Positions 50,004 to 59,438 of a stretch of 64,000 nt of DNA are shown here, piece after piece; positions within the stretch are counted from its first letter, which is position 1, and each line of letters opens with the position of its first letter. Source of the DNA: an uncultured Candidatus Actinomarina sp. (lineage in GTDB: Bacteria; Actinomycetota; Acidimicrobiia; Actinomarinales; Actinomarinaceae). The DNA lies in the NCBI GenBank assembly GCA_902580215.1, contig CACHJT010000006.1:1223-65222 (forward strand). Reading direction: 5' to 3'. The notes below the pieces were generated by a model, which saw nothing but the letters and a program-made list of their open reading frames with translations, had not been told where the DNA came from and did not search any database. The translations under genes and the position numbers were made by a program.

Positions 50004-53000
50004 TTTTTCTATAAAAATATCTAAAAATCTATCATAAACTTTGTTTACGGAAGACTCTTTCTTAGTAATCAAGTCTAAAGTAAGTGTTTCATTTGTAATA
50101 TATTTTGAAAAATTAGTTATAGTTTCGTGAACAAACTCGTCTTCAGATGAAATAGTTAACTTTATTCTGTCTGTGACATCAAGTCCTTGATTTTTTCTTT
50201 CTTTTTGGATATAAGAAACTAGTTCGCGTGAGAGCCTTTCCATTAGTAAAGACTCACTTAGTTCAGTATCTAGTAATAAACTAAAATTCTCAACTATATC
50301 TAATTCCTCAATATCTTTCTTTTTCTTTAACTTAATATCAATATCTTCAACATTTACATTTAAATTGTCTATGACAATAGATGTTTGATCCAGTAAAGAT
50401 CTTTTTTGATCTTCGGTAATATTGGAGAGATATTTTGATACTTTATTTATGTCTTTACCCAAAGTTGGCCCAAGAGCTTCAAAATTCGGTTTAAATTCGT
50501 AATCAATCCAATCTTCAACATTTTCATCAATTTTAATTTCTTTTACATTAACCTCATTCATTATTAGGTTTCTAATAATGTTCAATTGACTACTTATATT
50601 TTTATTATTTGAAATGACAGTCACAGAGTTTAAAGGTTGCTTATTTGGAAGCTTTAATTTGACTCTTAAATTTCTGACACTTTTAATAATTTTCTTAGCA
50701 AGAACAACACTTTCTTCTAAATCTTTATCAATCAACTTAGGATTTGATTCAGGATAATCACAATAATGTATACTCGTTTTTTCTTCATCTATTAAACCCT
50801 GATATATTTTTTCACAAATAAATGGAAGAACAGGAGCCATAGCTTTATTAAATTCGAGTAGTACTTCATGTAAAGTTTTGAAAGCATTTATTTTATCAAT
50901 ATCATCAATACCTTTTTCTTTCCAAAATCTTTTTCTATTAGAACGAACATACCAATTCGTTAGCTCATCAACGAAGTTCATAAGTGGAGGGATTACTTCA
51001 TATAGATAATAATTTTCCATCTTTTCATTCACAGTTTTAATTAAGGACTGTAAAGACGAAATTATCCATCTATCCATCAAGCTTCTTTCTTCAACCGGCA
51101 ATGCTTTCATTAAATCTTCATTTGTTATTTCATCAGCATTTGCATATGTTGAAAAAAATGAATAGCTGTTCCAAAGTGGGAGTATGATATTTCTAGTTAC
51201 TAACTTTACTCCCTCTTCAGAGAATTTCAGTGGTTCCCCTCTAACTACAGGTGAGTCGATTAAGTAGGCTCTTAAACTATCACCCCCATATTCATTTAAT
51301 AGTTCTTCAGGATCTGGATAGTTCTTTAAACTTTTACTCATTTTTCTACCATCTTCAGCTAATATCATTCCAGTAGTAATGCAGTTCTTAAAAGCTACAG
51401 AATCAAATAATGCTACTGCAAGAACAGTAAGTGTATAGAACCAGCCCCTTGTTTGATCTAAACCTTCGGCAATAAAATCAGCTGGAAACCCTTGCTTGAA
51501 AAGCTCTTCATTCTCAAAAGGGTAGTGTTGTTGGCCATATGGCATCGCACCTGATTCAAACCAACAATCTAATACTTCAGAAGTCCTTTTATAAGTTTTT
51601 CCTTCTTTTTCAATAATTAAGTCATCTAAATAATGACGATGCAAGTCAGTAATTTCTTTCCCAGTTAAGTTCTTTAGTTCTTCAACCGAACCTATACATA
51701 ATTTATCGTCAGGGTCATCTATATTTATCCAGACTGGAATACAACTTCCCCAGTATCTATTTCTACTTATTGCCCAATCTCTAGCATTTCCTAACCAGTT
51801 GGAGAATCTCTTTTCTCCAATAAATCCAGGCACCCAGTGAGTTTCTTTATTAAGCTCAACCATTCTCTCACGAATTTTTTCAACATTAACAAACCATGTT
51901 GGAATAGCTTTGTAGATCAGTGGTGTACCTGTTCTCCAGCAGAAAGGATAAGAATGCATCTCAGTTTTTTGACTAAATAAATTACCCCTTTCATTTAATT
52001 GGGTCATAATTACTGAGTCAGCATCTTTTACATTTAAGCCTTCCAACTCTTTAAATGTATCGTCAAATTTACCAGAGAGAGTGACCGGGTCTGCTATTAC
52101 ATCTATTCCAGAATTTTTAAGTGCATAAAAGTCACTTTCTCCGTAAGCAGGGGCTTGAGAAACTAAGCCAGACCCAGAATCAGTATTCGTATCATCACTA
52201 TGAATTAATCTAAATGCACCATCAGAATATAGATTTTCGTATTCATTATATGCTGGAATATATGATGAACCAATAAGTTCACTTCCATTACATGATGAAA
52301 TAATTTCTACTTCAAACTCATCTAATTCCTGAAGCCTCTGTGTTGCAATCCAATAAAACTCATCATTCATACTGACACGGGAGTAATCGATATCTTTACC
52401 AATAGCAATTGCTAGGTTGCCTGGAATGCACCATGGTGTTGTAGTCCAAACCAAAAATTTATCACCCTTTTTTATACTATTGAAATCTTCTCTTGCATTT
52501 AGCGTAAAGTATATTGACGGATCTTCAACATCTCTATAATCCATATTTGCTTCAAAATTAGATAATGGGGTAGAAGCAGCCCATGAGTAAGGTAAAACTT
52601 TATAGTCCTGATAGATTAAGTCTTTTTCCCATAGTTCTTTAAAAACCCACCAGACACTTTCCATAAAATCGATATCCATTGTTTTATAGTCATTTTCAAA
52701 ATCAACCCACCTACCAATTTTTCTCGTAATTTTTTCCCAGTTTTCAGTGTTAGTCTGCACCTGAGTTCTACAAGCTTCATTAAATTTACCAATTCCATAT
52801 TCATCAATTTGTTGAGGATCTTCTAAATTTAGATTTTTCTGAACCTCCATTTCAATTGGTAATCCATGGACGTCCCAACCAAAGCGTCTTTCAACGTAAT
52901 AACCTCGCATCGTCCAGTATCTGGGAACAATATCTTTTATTACCCCAGCTAATAGATTTCCATAATGTGGACTTCCAGTTGGAAATGGTGGTCCATCATA

Positions 53001-53129
53001 AAATCTAAAAATTTTGTCATTTTTTCTATTTTTTAAAGATGTTTGAAATGCATCGATTTCATCCCAATAGTTTGAGATTTCGTTCTCTACTTGAGCTAAA
53101 TTTATGTTGTTTTCAACCCTTTTAAACAT
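49986..53129 (-). CDS. ileS: Isoleucine-tRNA ligase (type 2)
   Basis: FYDGPPF..G.PHYG, GWDVHGLP, WTTTPW, AEGLDQTRGWF, KMSKS. Confidence 0.97.
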   Translation of the reverse strand: MFKRVENNINLAQVENEISNYWDEIDAFQTSLKNRKNDKIFRFYDGPPFPTGSPHYGNLLAGVIKDIVPRYWTMRGYYVERRFGWDVHGLPIEMEVQKNLNLEDPQQIDEYGIGKFNEACRTQVQTNTENWEKITRKIGRWVDFENDYKTMDIDFMESVWWVFKELWEKDLIYQDYKVLPYSWAASTPLSNFEANMDYRDVEDPSIYFTLNAREDFNSIKKGDKFLVWTTTPWCIPGNLAIAIGKDIDYSRVSMNDEFYWIATQRLQELDEFEVEIISSCNGSELIGSSYIPAYNEYENLYSDGAFRLIHSDDTNTDSGSGLVSQAPAYGESDFYALKNSGIDVIADPVTLSGKFDDTFKELEGLNVKDADSVIMTQLNERGNLFSQKTEMHSYPFCWRTGTPLIYKAIPTWFVNVEKIRERMVELNKETHWVPGFIGEKRFSNWLGNARDWAISRNRYWGSCIPVWINIDDPDDKLCIGSVEELKNLTGKEITDLHRHYLDDLIIEKEGKTYKRTSEVLDCWFESGAMPYGQQHYPFENEELFKQGFPADFIAEGLDQTRGWFYTLTVLAVALFDSVAFKNCITTGMILAEDGRKMSKSLKNYPDPEELLNEYGGDSLRAYLIDSPVVRGEPLKFSEEGVKLVTRNIILPLWNSYSFFSTYANADEITNEDLMKALPVEERSLMDRWIISSLQSLIKTVNEKMENYYLYEVIPPLMNFVDELTNWYVRSNRKRFWKEKGIDDIDKINAFKTLHEVLLEFNKAMAPVLPFICEKIYQGLIDEEKTSIHYCDYPESNPKLIDKDLEESVVLAKKIIKSVRNLRVKLKLPNKQPLNSVTVISNNKNISSQLNIIRNLIMNEVNVKEIKIDENVEDWIDYEFKPNFEALGPTLGKDINKVSKYLSNITEDQKRSLLDQTSIVIDNLNVNVEDIDIKLKKKKDIEELDIVENFSLLLDTELSESLLMERLSRELVSYIQKERKNQGLDVTDRIKLTISSEDEFVHETITNFSKYITNETLTLDLITKKESSVNKVYDRFLDIFIEKSTNNS

Positions 53130-53217
53130 ATCATTAGATTTTATAGGGTTTTTAGTGCAATTTGTGGTAATTAATAAAGTTTTAAATAATAATAAATTTC
53201 TATATTTTTTTTAAAAA

Positions 53218-53628
53218 ATGGCTAATATACATTCATTAATAGAAAATAAAATGGCAAGACAATTATCACCCAATACAATTAAAAAATTTAAAAAAAGGCT
53301 TGAGGCCGAAAGAGATCAATTATTAGCTATTTTAGAACAGCACCATCAGGAAAGAGAAAAAATAAGACTTTCTGAAGCTTCAGCAGAAAGAAGCCCTGAT
53401 CCAACTTCCGCTGACGGAGGGTCAATGGCTTTTGAGTTAGAAAAAGAATTGACACTTGATGAAAATACAAGACATTTGTTAAATCAAATTGAACATGCTC
53501 TTGTTCTAATTAAGAAGAAGAAGTATGGAAATTGCGAAAATTGTGGCGAACCTATCCCTGTTGCAAGACTTGAGGCTCTTCCTTACGCGACTTTACGTAA
53601 AGAGTGTGCAGAAGCACTTGAAGCTTAA
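53218..53628 (+). CDS. DksA/TraR family protein
   Basis: Coiled coil with ADGGS..FE.E, then YGNCENCGEPIPVARLEALPYA; start could be 53251. Confidence 0.85.
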   Translation: MANIHSLIENKMARQLSPNTIKKFKKRLEAERDQLLAILEQHHQEREKIRLSEASAERSPDPTSADGGSMAFELEKELTLDENTRHLLNQIEHALVLIKKKKYGNCENCGEPIPVARLEALPYATLRKECAEALEA

Positions 53629-54076
53629 AAACAAATACATACCATTCTATCTTGCAATACTCCTAGCTTTATTGGATCTTGTAACCAAATTTTTAATCAG
53701 GGATAATAACATTCAAGAGTATGTTGTTTTTGAAGGAATACTCACAATCGATTTGACATATAATACAGGAATTGCATTCGGTTTATTCAGTGATTACACA
53801 ATTTTTACATATATATTGTCATTATTTGTATTTATTTGGCTAATTGTACAAATTAAAGATATTCGTGAACGAAGTTTGGAACTATATTCTTTAGTACTTA
53901 TATTATCTGGAGCGGTTGGGAATTTAGGAGAGAGAGGTTGGAATTTAATTACAAACAATGATGGGAAAGTAACAGATTTTGTAGAATTATTATTTATTCC
54001 GAGCTTTAATCTTGCTGATACATATATATCAATTGGTATTGTGTTGCTACTTTATTCGGAGATAAAAAAAGATTAA
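53618..54076 (+). CDS. lspA: Lipoprotein signal peptidase II
   Basis: D..TK, NTGIAFG, GAVGN, VTDF, FNLAD. Start set at TTG 53618 to avoid a long overlap. Confidence 0.92.
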   Translation: MKLKNKYIPFYLAILLALLDLVTKFLIRDNNIQEYVVFEGILTIDLTYNTGIAFGLFSDYTIFTYILSLFVFIWLIVQIKDIRERSLELYSLVLILSGAVGNLGERGWNLITNNDGKVTDFVELLFIPSFNLADTYISIGIVLLLYSEIKKD

Positions 54077-54734
54077 TACTGAAATAGTTTTTGAAAACGA
54101 TTTGTTTGTTATTTTAAACAAGCCCCATGGTTTACTGGTACATCCAACAGACTCTTCAGATGAGTATACTCTTAGAGATTTTCTGATTGAAAATTTTAAC
54201 ATTAGTGATGTTGGAGAGTACAAAAGGGAGGGTATTGTACATCGACTAGATAGGGTTACATCTGGACTTATAGTTTGTCCGATTAATACGGATGCATTCA
54301 ATCAACTTCAAGAAGATTTTAGAAAAAGAAAAATTATAAAAAAGTATAAAGCAATTGTTCAAGGTTCTTTAAGAAGTAAATCTGGTGAGATAAACCTTCC
54401 TTTGATTCACTCACAAAATAATAGAAGAAAGAGAGAAGTTGGAAAGAATGGAAGAGACGCAATTACCAAATACAAAACTATCTCCATGACAGATTCTTAT
54501 ACTTTGTTAGATATTGATTTAATAACAGGTAGAAACCATCAGATCAGAGCTCACTTTGAATATTTAAAGGCGCCAATAGTAAATGACACGCTCTATGGTG
54601 CAAAAAAAGTAAGTGAATTAAATCAAAACACAATTTGTTTACAGTCTTACAATATTGAATTTAAATTGTTTGATAAAGATTATAAATTTTCAATTAATGA
54701 ACCAGATTATTTTACTTCGATAATGAACATGTAA
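54072..54734 (+). CDS. RluA/RluD family 23S rRNA pseudouridine synthase, no S4 domain; start uncertain (ATT 54072 or TTG 54102)
   Basis: IVFEND..V.NKP.G, IVHRLDRVTSG, TGRNHQIRAH. Confidence 0.88.
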   Translation: MNTEIVFENDLFVILNKPHGLLVHPTDSSDEYTLRDFLIENFNISDVGEYKREGIVHRLDRVTSGLIVCPINTDAFNQLQEDFRKRKIIKKYKAIVQGSLRSKSGEINLPLIHSQNNRRKREVGKNGRDAITKYKTISMTDSYTLLDIDLITGRNHQIRAHFEYLKAPIVNDTLYGAKKVSELNQNTICLQSYNIEFKLFDKDYKFSINEPDYFTSIMNM

Positions 54735-54762
54735 TTTTTCAAAAAAACTTTACAATTGATTT

Positions 54763-57700
54763 ATGAGTAAATCTTTTGTACATCTTCATGCGCATACTGA
54801 ATATTCAATGCTTGATGGAGCAGCAAAAATAAGTGATTATCTAAAGAAAGTAAAAGAGTTAAATCAACCAGCCGCTGCGATTACTGACCACGGAAATCTA
54901 TATGGTGCTTTAGAATTTGTTCGCCAAGCTGAATCACTAGATATTAAACCAATTATTGGGTACGAAGCATATGTAACTCCAGGATCAAGATTTGACAGGC
55001 CAGATAGGGACAAAAATAAAAGATATCACCTTACTCTATTGGCTGAAAATAATTTAGGTTACCAAAATTTAGTAGAAATAGTCAGTAAAGCATATTTAGA
55101 AGGTTTTTATTATAAACCACGTGTTGATTATGAACTATTAAGAGAACATGCGGAGGGAATAATTGCTTTATCAGGATGTCTTGGAGGTGAAGTAGCACAA
55201 CATTTAGCACCAGATGGGTCCAGAGAAGAAGGCAATACTGCAAATGAAAAAAGTTTTGAAAAAGCATTAGAAAAAGCAAAAAATTATCAAGACATATTCG
55301 GCAAAGACAATTTTTTTATTGAACTACATAACCATGGAATACCACAACAAATAGAAATATTAGATGATTTGGTAAAAATATCTAAAGAGATAGATGCGCC
55401 ACTTGTTGCTGCTAATGATTCACATTATGTCGCAAAAACTGATTCTTCAGCGCACGATGCTTTACTCTGTGTTCAAACCAATGCAACTATGGAGGATGAA
55501 AATAGATTCAAATTTGAAGGTGAAGAATTTTATGTAAAGTCGTCTGAAGAGATGCGGATGTTATTTCCTGATAATAGGTTTCCTGATGCTTGTAACAACA
55601 CTTTAAAAATTGCTGACAGAGTTCACTATGAGTTTGATTTTGATCAAGATTACCTTCCTGATTTTCCAATCAGTGATGATTCCACAAGTGTTGAAGAATA
55701 TTTAAAAAACAAAGTATTAATTGGGGCAGAAGAGAAATATCAAGATGTAAACAAAGAGGTACTAGAAAGAATCGATTATGAACTTGAAGTAATTAACTCT
55801 ATGGGGTTTGCTTCATATTTTTTAATTGTTGGAGACTTAATTGAATTTGCAAAGTCTAGAAACATTAGAACTGGTGCTGGAAGAGGATCAGCTGCTGGTT
55901 CCATAGTTTCGTACTGCCTAGGTATAACTGGAATAGAACCCTTAAAGTATGGATTAATCTTTGAAAGGTTTTTAAATAAGGGAAGGAAGTCACTTCCTGA
56001 TATTGATATGGACTTTGATGAAAGATATCGTGGAGATGTTATCCAGTATGCTATTGATAAATATGGCCAAGATAGAGTTGCACATATAGTCACATTTGCA
56101 ACTATAAAAGCAAAACAGGCAATAAGAGATGCAGCAAGAGTTTTAGGTCTGCCATTTTCCAGTGGTGATAAAGTAGCAAAATTGATGCCACCTATGATTC
56201 TTGGAAACACTGCCACTATATCTGAATGTTTAAATCTTGATGAAAATAATGAAAGTGGTTATAGCAAAGAGTTTTATTCCGCTTCTGAAGAATTAAGAAA
56301 ACAATATTCTGCTGATGAAGAAGTTAAAAGAATAATTGATATAGCCCTTGGTCTCGAAGGCTTAAGGCGTCAAGATGGTATACATGCAGCAGCGATTGTG
56401 ATATCGCCTGACAAAATAACTAATTTTCTACCAATACAAAAAAAAGGAGAAAATGCAGAAATAGTTACACAGTATGAAATGCACACAGTTGAACAATTAG
56501 GTCTTTTAAAAATGGACTTTTTAGGTTTAAGAAACTTATCAATTGTAGATAGAACCATTGAGTTGATTGGTGATAAAAATTTAGACATTGATAATTTAGA
56601 TTTACAAGATGACAAAACTTTCAAATTATTTTCTGAAGGTAGAATGACTGGAGTTTTTCAGCTAGAAAGCAGGGTTGCTCAGTCAGTTTCCAGAAGTTTA
56701 AATCCAAAAAGATTTGAAGACATTGTTGCCTTAGTTGCATTAATCAGGCCGGGACCACTGGGTGCTGGAATGCATAATGAATTTACTGATCGTGCAAACT
56801 CTCGTAAAGAAATTGAATATTTACATCCAGACTTAGAGGACGTTTTGAGTGAGACTTACGGAGTGATTCTATATCAGGAACAAGTTATGCAGATAGCTGA
56901 AAAAATTGCAGGATTTAATTTACAGGAAGCAGACAATTTAAGGGTAGCAATGGGCAAAAAAATTCCTCAAGTTATGGAAGAGCAGCGTAAAAAATTTACT
57001 GAAGGATCTGTAAAAAGTGGATATTCTGAGCAATTCGCAATTGAACTATTTGATCAAATAGCATTTTTTGCTGGTTACGGATTTAATAAAAGCCATTCCG
57101 TACCTTATGCACTACTTGCTTATCAAACTGCCTACTTAAAAGCAAACTACCCTGCAGAGTATATAGCTGCTTCATTGACTGCGGTAAAAAGGGATAAAGA
57201 TAGGACAGCAATATTTCTTTCTGAAGCTAGAGACATGGGAGTCAAAGTGTCTACTCCAGATATAAATAGAAGTGCATCAGATTTTACTGTTAATGATAAC
57301 GAAATACTTTTTGGTCTATCTGCTGTAAGAAATGTTGGAGATGTAACCTCGGAAAAAATTGTTTTAGAAAGAAATGAAAATGGATCCTATAAATCAATTG
57401 AAGACTTTTTATCAAGAATAGATTCAAGATCATTAAACAAAAGAGGCATAGAAGCTTTAGCGCAAGGGGGAGGGTTTGATTTTTTTGGATACTCAAGAAA
57501 AGGAGTGTTTGATGCGATACCAGATTTAATTGACGATGCCAAAGATCTTAAAAATAAAAAAGCAAATAACCAAACTTCATTATTTGATTTGGATGATCAA
57601 TCAGATAAATTAACCACTATTAAAGACACGGAGTGGACTAAGAAAGAAAAACTAGAAAGAGAAAGAGAAATGTTAGGTTTTTTTGTTAGCGAAGATCCAC

Positions 57701-58260
57701 TAGATGGGTATGGTGAGGTGCTTAAGTCAGAATCTTCGCACTCTATATTAGAGTTACAATCATTTGACGAGGAAGAGGAATTAAATGTTGTAATTGCTGG
57801 TTTGATTTCCAATGTGCAAAAAAGAGTATCAAGAAGGGGAAACCCATGGATTCAATTTGATTTACAGGATACATCTGGTTCTGTTGGGGTACTAATTTTT
57901 AACAAGCTAGTAGACAAATACAATAGCAGTATTGATGGAGAAATATATCTTAAGGTTTCAGGTACCTATGTTGGTGGTTCTGAAAACACTATTAGAGCTA
58001 GAGACATTGAAGTAATAGAGCCATCAAAAATGGTTGAAGATTTAGACACTTCACCATTAAGAATATCTGTAACTGAGGAAAAATTAGATAAGAAAAATCT
58101 CATATTATTGAAAGAATTACTCGAGAAATATCCGGGTCTCTCAAATGTTGAGTTAGAGGTTCATGGAGAACAAAATACTAAATTACTTGAATTGAAAGAA
58201 ATAAAAGTTAAAAAAACTAATCAATTGAAAAATGAGATTAACACATTGCTTACTAGTTAA
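54763..58260 (+). CDS. dnaE: DNA polymerase III alpha subunit
   Basis: HLHAHTEYS, TDHGN, GRGSAAGS, PDIDMDF, KMDFLGL, FNKSHS, OB-fold tail. Confidence 0.98.
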   Translation: MSKSFVHLHAHTEYSMLDGAAKISDYLKKVKELNQPAAAITDHGNLYGALEFVRQAESLDIKPIIGYEAYVTPGSRFDRPDRDKNKRYHLTLLAENNLGYQNLVEIVSKAYLEGFYYKPRVDYELLREHAEGIIALSGCLGGEVAQHLAPDGSREEGNTANEKSFEKALEKAKNYQDIFGKDNFFIELHNHGIPQQIEILDDLVKISKEIDAPLVAANDSHYVAKTDSSAHDALLCVQTNATMEDENRFKFEGEEFYVKSSEEMRMLFPDNRFPDACNNTLKIADRVHYEFDFDQDYLPDFPISDDSTSVEEYLKNKVLIGAEEKYQDVNKEVLERIDYELEVINSMGFASYFLIVGDLIEFAKSRNIRTGAGRGSAAGSIVSYCLGITGIEPLKYGLIFERFLNKGRKSLPDIDMDFDERYRGDVIQYAIDKYGQDRVAHIVTFATIKAKQAIRDAARVLGLPFSSGDKVAKLMPPMILGNTATISECLNLDENNESGYSKEFYSASEELRKQYSADEEVKRIIDIALGLEGLRRQDGIHAAAIVISPDKITNFLPIQKKGENAEIVTQYEMHTVEQLGLLKMDFLGLRNLSIVDRTIELIGDKNLDIDNLDLQDDKTFKLFSEGRMTGVFQLESRVAQSVSRSLNPKRFEDIVALVALIRPGPLGAGMHNEFTDRANSRKEIEYLHPDLEDVLSETYGVILYQEQVMQIAEKIAGFNLQEADNLRVAMGKKIPQVMEEQRKKFTEGSVKSGYSEQFAIELFDQIAFFAGYGFNKSHSVPYALLAYQTAYLKANYPAEYIAASLTAVKRDKDRTAIFLSEARDMGVKVSTPDINRSASDFTVNDNEILFGLSAVRNVGDVTSEKIVLERNENGSYKSIEDFLSRIDSRSLNKRGIEALAQGGGFDFFGYSRKGVFDAIPDLIDDAKDLKNKKANNQTSLFDLDDQSDKLTTIKDTEWTKKEKLEREREMLGFFVSEDPLDGYGEVLKSESSHSILELQSFDEEEELNVVIAGLISNVQKRVSRRGNPWIQFDLQDTSGSVGVLIFNKLVDKYNSSIDGEIYLKVSGTYVGGSENTIRARDIEVIEPSKMVEDLDTSPLRISVTEEKLDKKNLILLKELLEKYPGLSNVELEVHGEQNTKLLELKEIKVKKTNQLKNEINTLLTS

Positions 58261-58276
58261 GTAAAATGATAAATAT

Positions 58277-58486
58277 ATGAGTTTTAACGTAGAAGATTTT
58301 ATAAACAGATATAAAGAAAGAGCAGAAGCTGTAAAAAACAGATCTATTCCACCTGTTGGTGGAGACGATCGCATGGCATTTATCAAACAAGCTGAAACTG
58401 ATTTTCAGGATTATATGATAATTGCAGATTCAGAATTTACAGTTGAGGAAGACTATTTAGTATTCAAGTATAAATTAGATTCTTAA
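58277..58486 (+). CDS. Small hypothetical protein (69 aa)
   Basis: Clean ORF filling the gap; normal soluble composition; no family recognised. Confidence 0.7.
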   Translation: MSFNVEDFINRYKERAEAVKNRSIPPVGGDDRMAFIKQAETDFQDYMIIADSEFTVEEDYLVFKYKLDS

Positions 58487-59145
58487 TCAAGATTTTTACT
58501 CATAGGAAAAATTTTGGTAATAACCTCTGCACACGCAACTGCTATTTCCATATGTTCTTTTTGAGTTCCATTCCCAGACCTTAATTCTATGTAATGTATC
58601 CAGCTTCTAAGTGTGCCATTCATATACATTCTGCTGACAGTATTTCCTTCAGGCAAGACTGCACGTGCCTGTTCTTTCGCAATTCCATTTTCAATTGCCC
58701 AATTATATGTTTCTCTAGCTTCGTTAATAAGATGTTCCTGTTTTTCAATCCACATATTTGAAATTTCTTCGTCATCATTTTCAATAGAGTTTTGTCTATT
58801 TTTAAGATCTTGAAGCCTGGCTTCTCTAGTTACAAATTCTAGATCTTTAACAGGATTTGCATATCTTTGAGAAAATTCTTGGAAACTAAACGATCTATGT
58901 CTTAATATTTGCCTTGCAATGTCTCTTGTTGTTTCTATTTCAAGACATGCACTGACCATTTCAAGAGGAGACCAATGAGCATTTTTAATTAAATACTTTA
59001 TTAGTTTTTCACTTGTTTCAGTATTTAATTGATTTGAAGGGTTTGAGACTCGCGCACAAAAAGCTACCAATTCTTGAGCATTATCAATTCCTTCATTTAG
59101 AAATTCTTCTGTTGGCGTAGAATAACTTACTAATTTAACTTTCAT
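58483..59145 (-). CDS. thyX: FAD-dependent thymidylate synthase
   Basis: RHRSFSFQEFSQR (ThyX motif), HWSPLE, AKEQARAVLP, TLRSWIHY. Confidence 0.95.
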   Translation of the reverse strand: MKVKLVSYSTPTEEFLNEGIDNAQELVAFCARVSNPSNQLNTETSEKLIKYLIKNAHWSPLEMVSACLEIETTRDIARQILRHRSFSFQEFSQRYANPVKDLEFVTREARLQDLKNRQNSIENDDEEISNMWIEKQEHLINEARETYNWAIENGIAKEQARAVLPEGNTVSRMYMNGTLRSWIHYIELRSGNGTQKEHMEIAVACAEVITKIFPMSKNLD

Positions 59146-59174
59146 TTATGTAACTATATTAAAATAAAAAAAAT

Positions 59175-59438
59175 ATGTTTTTATTAAGGATAATTGTTTT
59201 TTTAATACTTGTTTCTTTATTAATTATTTTGGCTTACCCATTATTAATTATTTATGATATTTCCAGAGGTGGAAATGGATTTGGAATTTGTAATGACCTT
59301 GTCAACTGTGTTATTCCTATAACTGAAGGTCCTAGGTTGTTAATTATTCTTATTGCATCATTTTTCGTACTAGTTTTTTTATTAAGAATTATTATGAAAT
59401 TTATTAACTCTTTAAATAAAGAAAAATCTATTCTTTAA
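59175..59438 (+). CDS. Small two-TM hypothetical protein with CxxxxxC loop
   Basis: 87 aa; TM - GICNDLVNCVIP - TM. Confidence 0.6.
   Translation: MFLLRIIVFLILVSLLIILAYPLLIIYDISRGGNGFGICNDLVNCVIPITEGPRLLIILIASFFVLVFLLRIIMKFINSLNKEKSIL

Noticed and set aside
53525-53617. Long N-terminal extension of LspA in the ORF track
   Set aside because: It overlaps the DksA zinc finger by about 100 nt; TTG 53618 gives a normal-length LspA.
53914-53940. LspA GNLGER instead of GNxxDR
   Set aside because: Conservative D to E change; both catalytic Asp motifs (VTDF, FNLAD) are intact.
54062-54076. Possible programmed frameshift fusing LspA to the pseudouridine synthase at the A7 run
   Set aside because: It would need a +1 shift rather than the usual -1 at A-AAA-AAA, and the fusion makes little functional sense; an ATT start is simpler.
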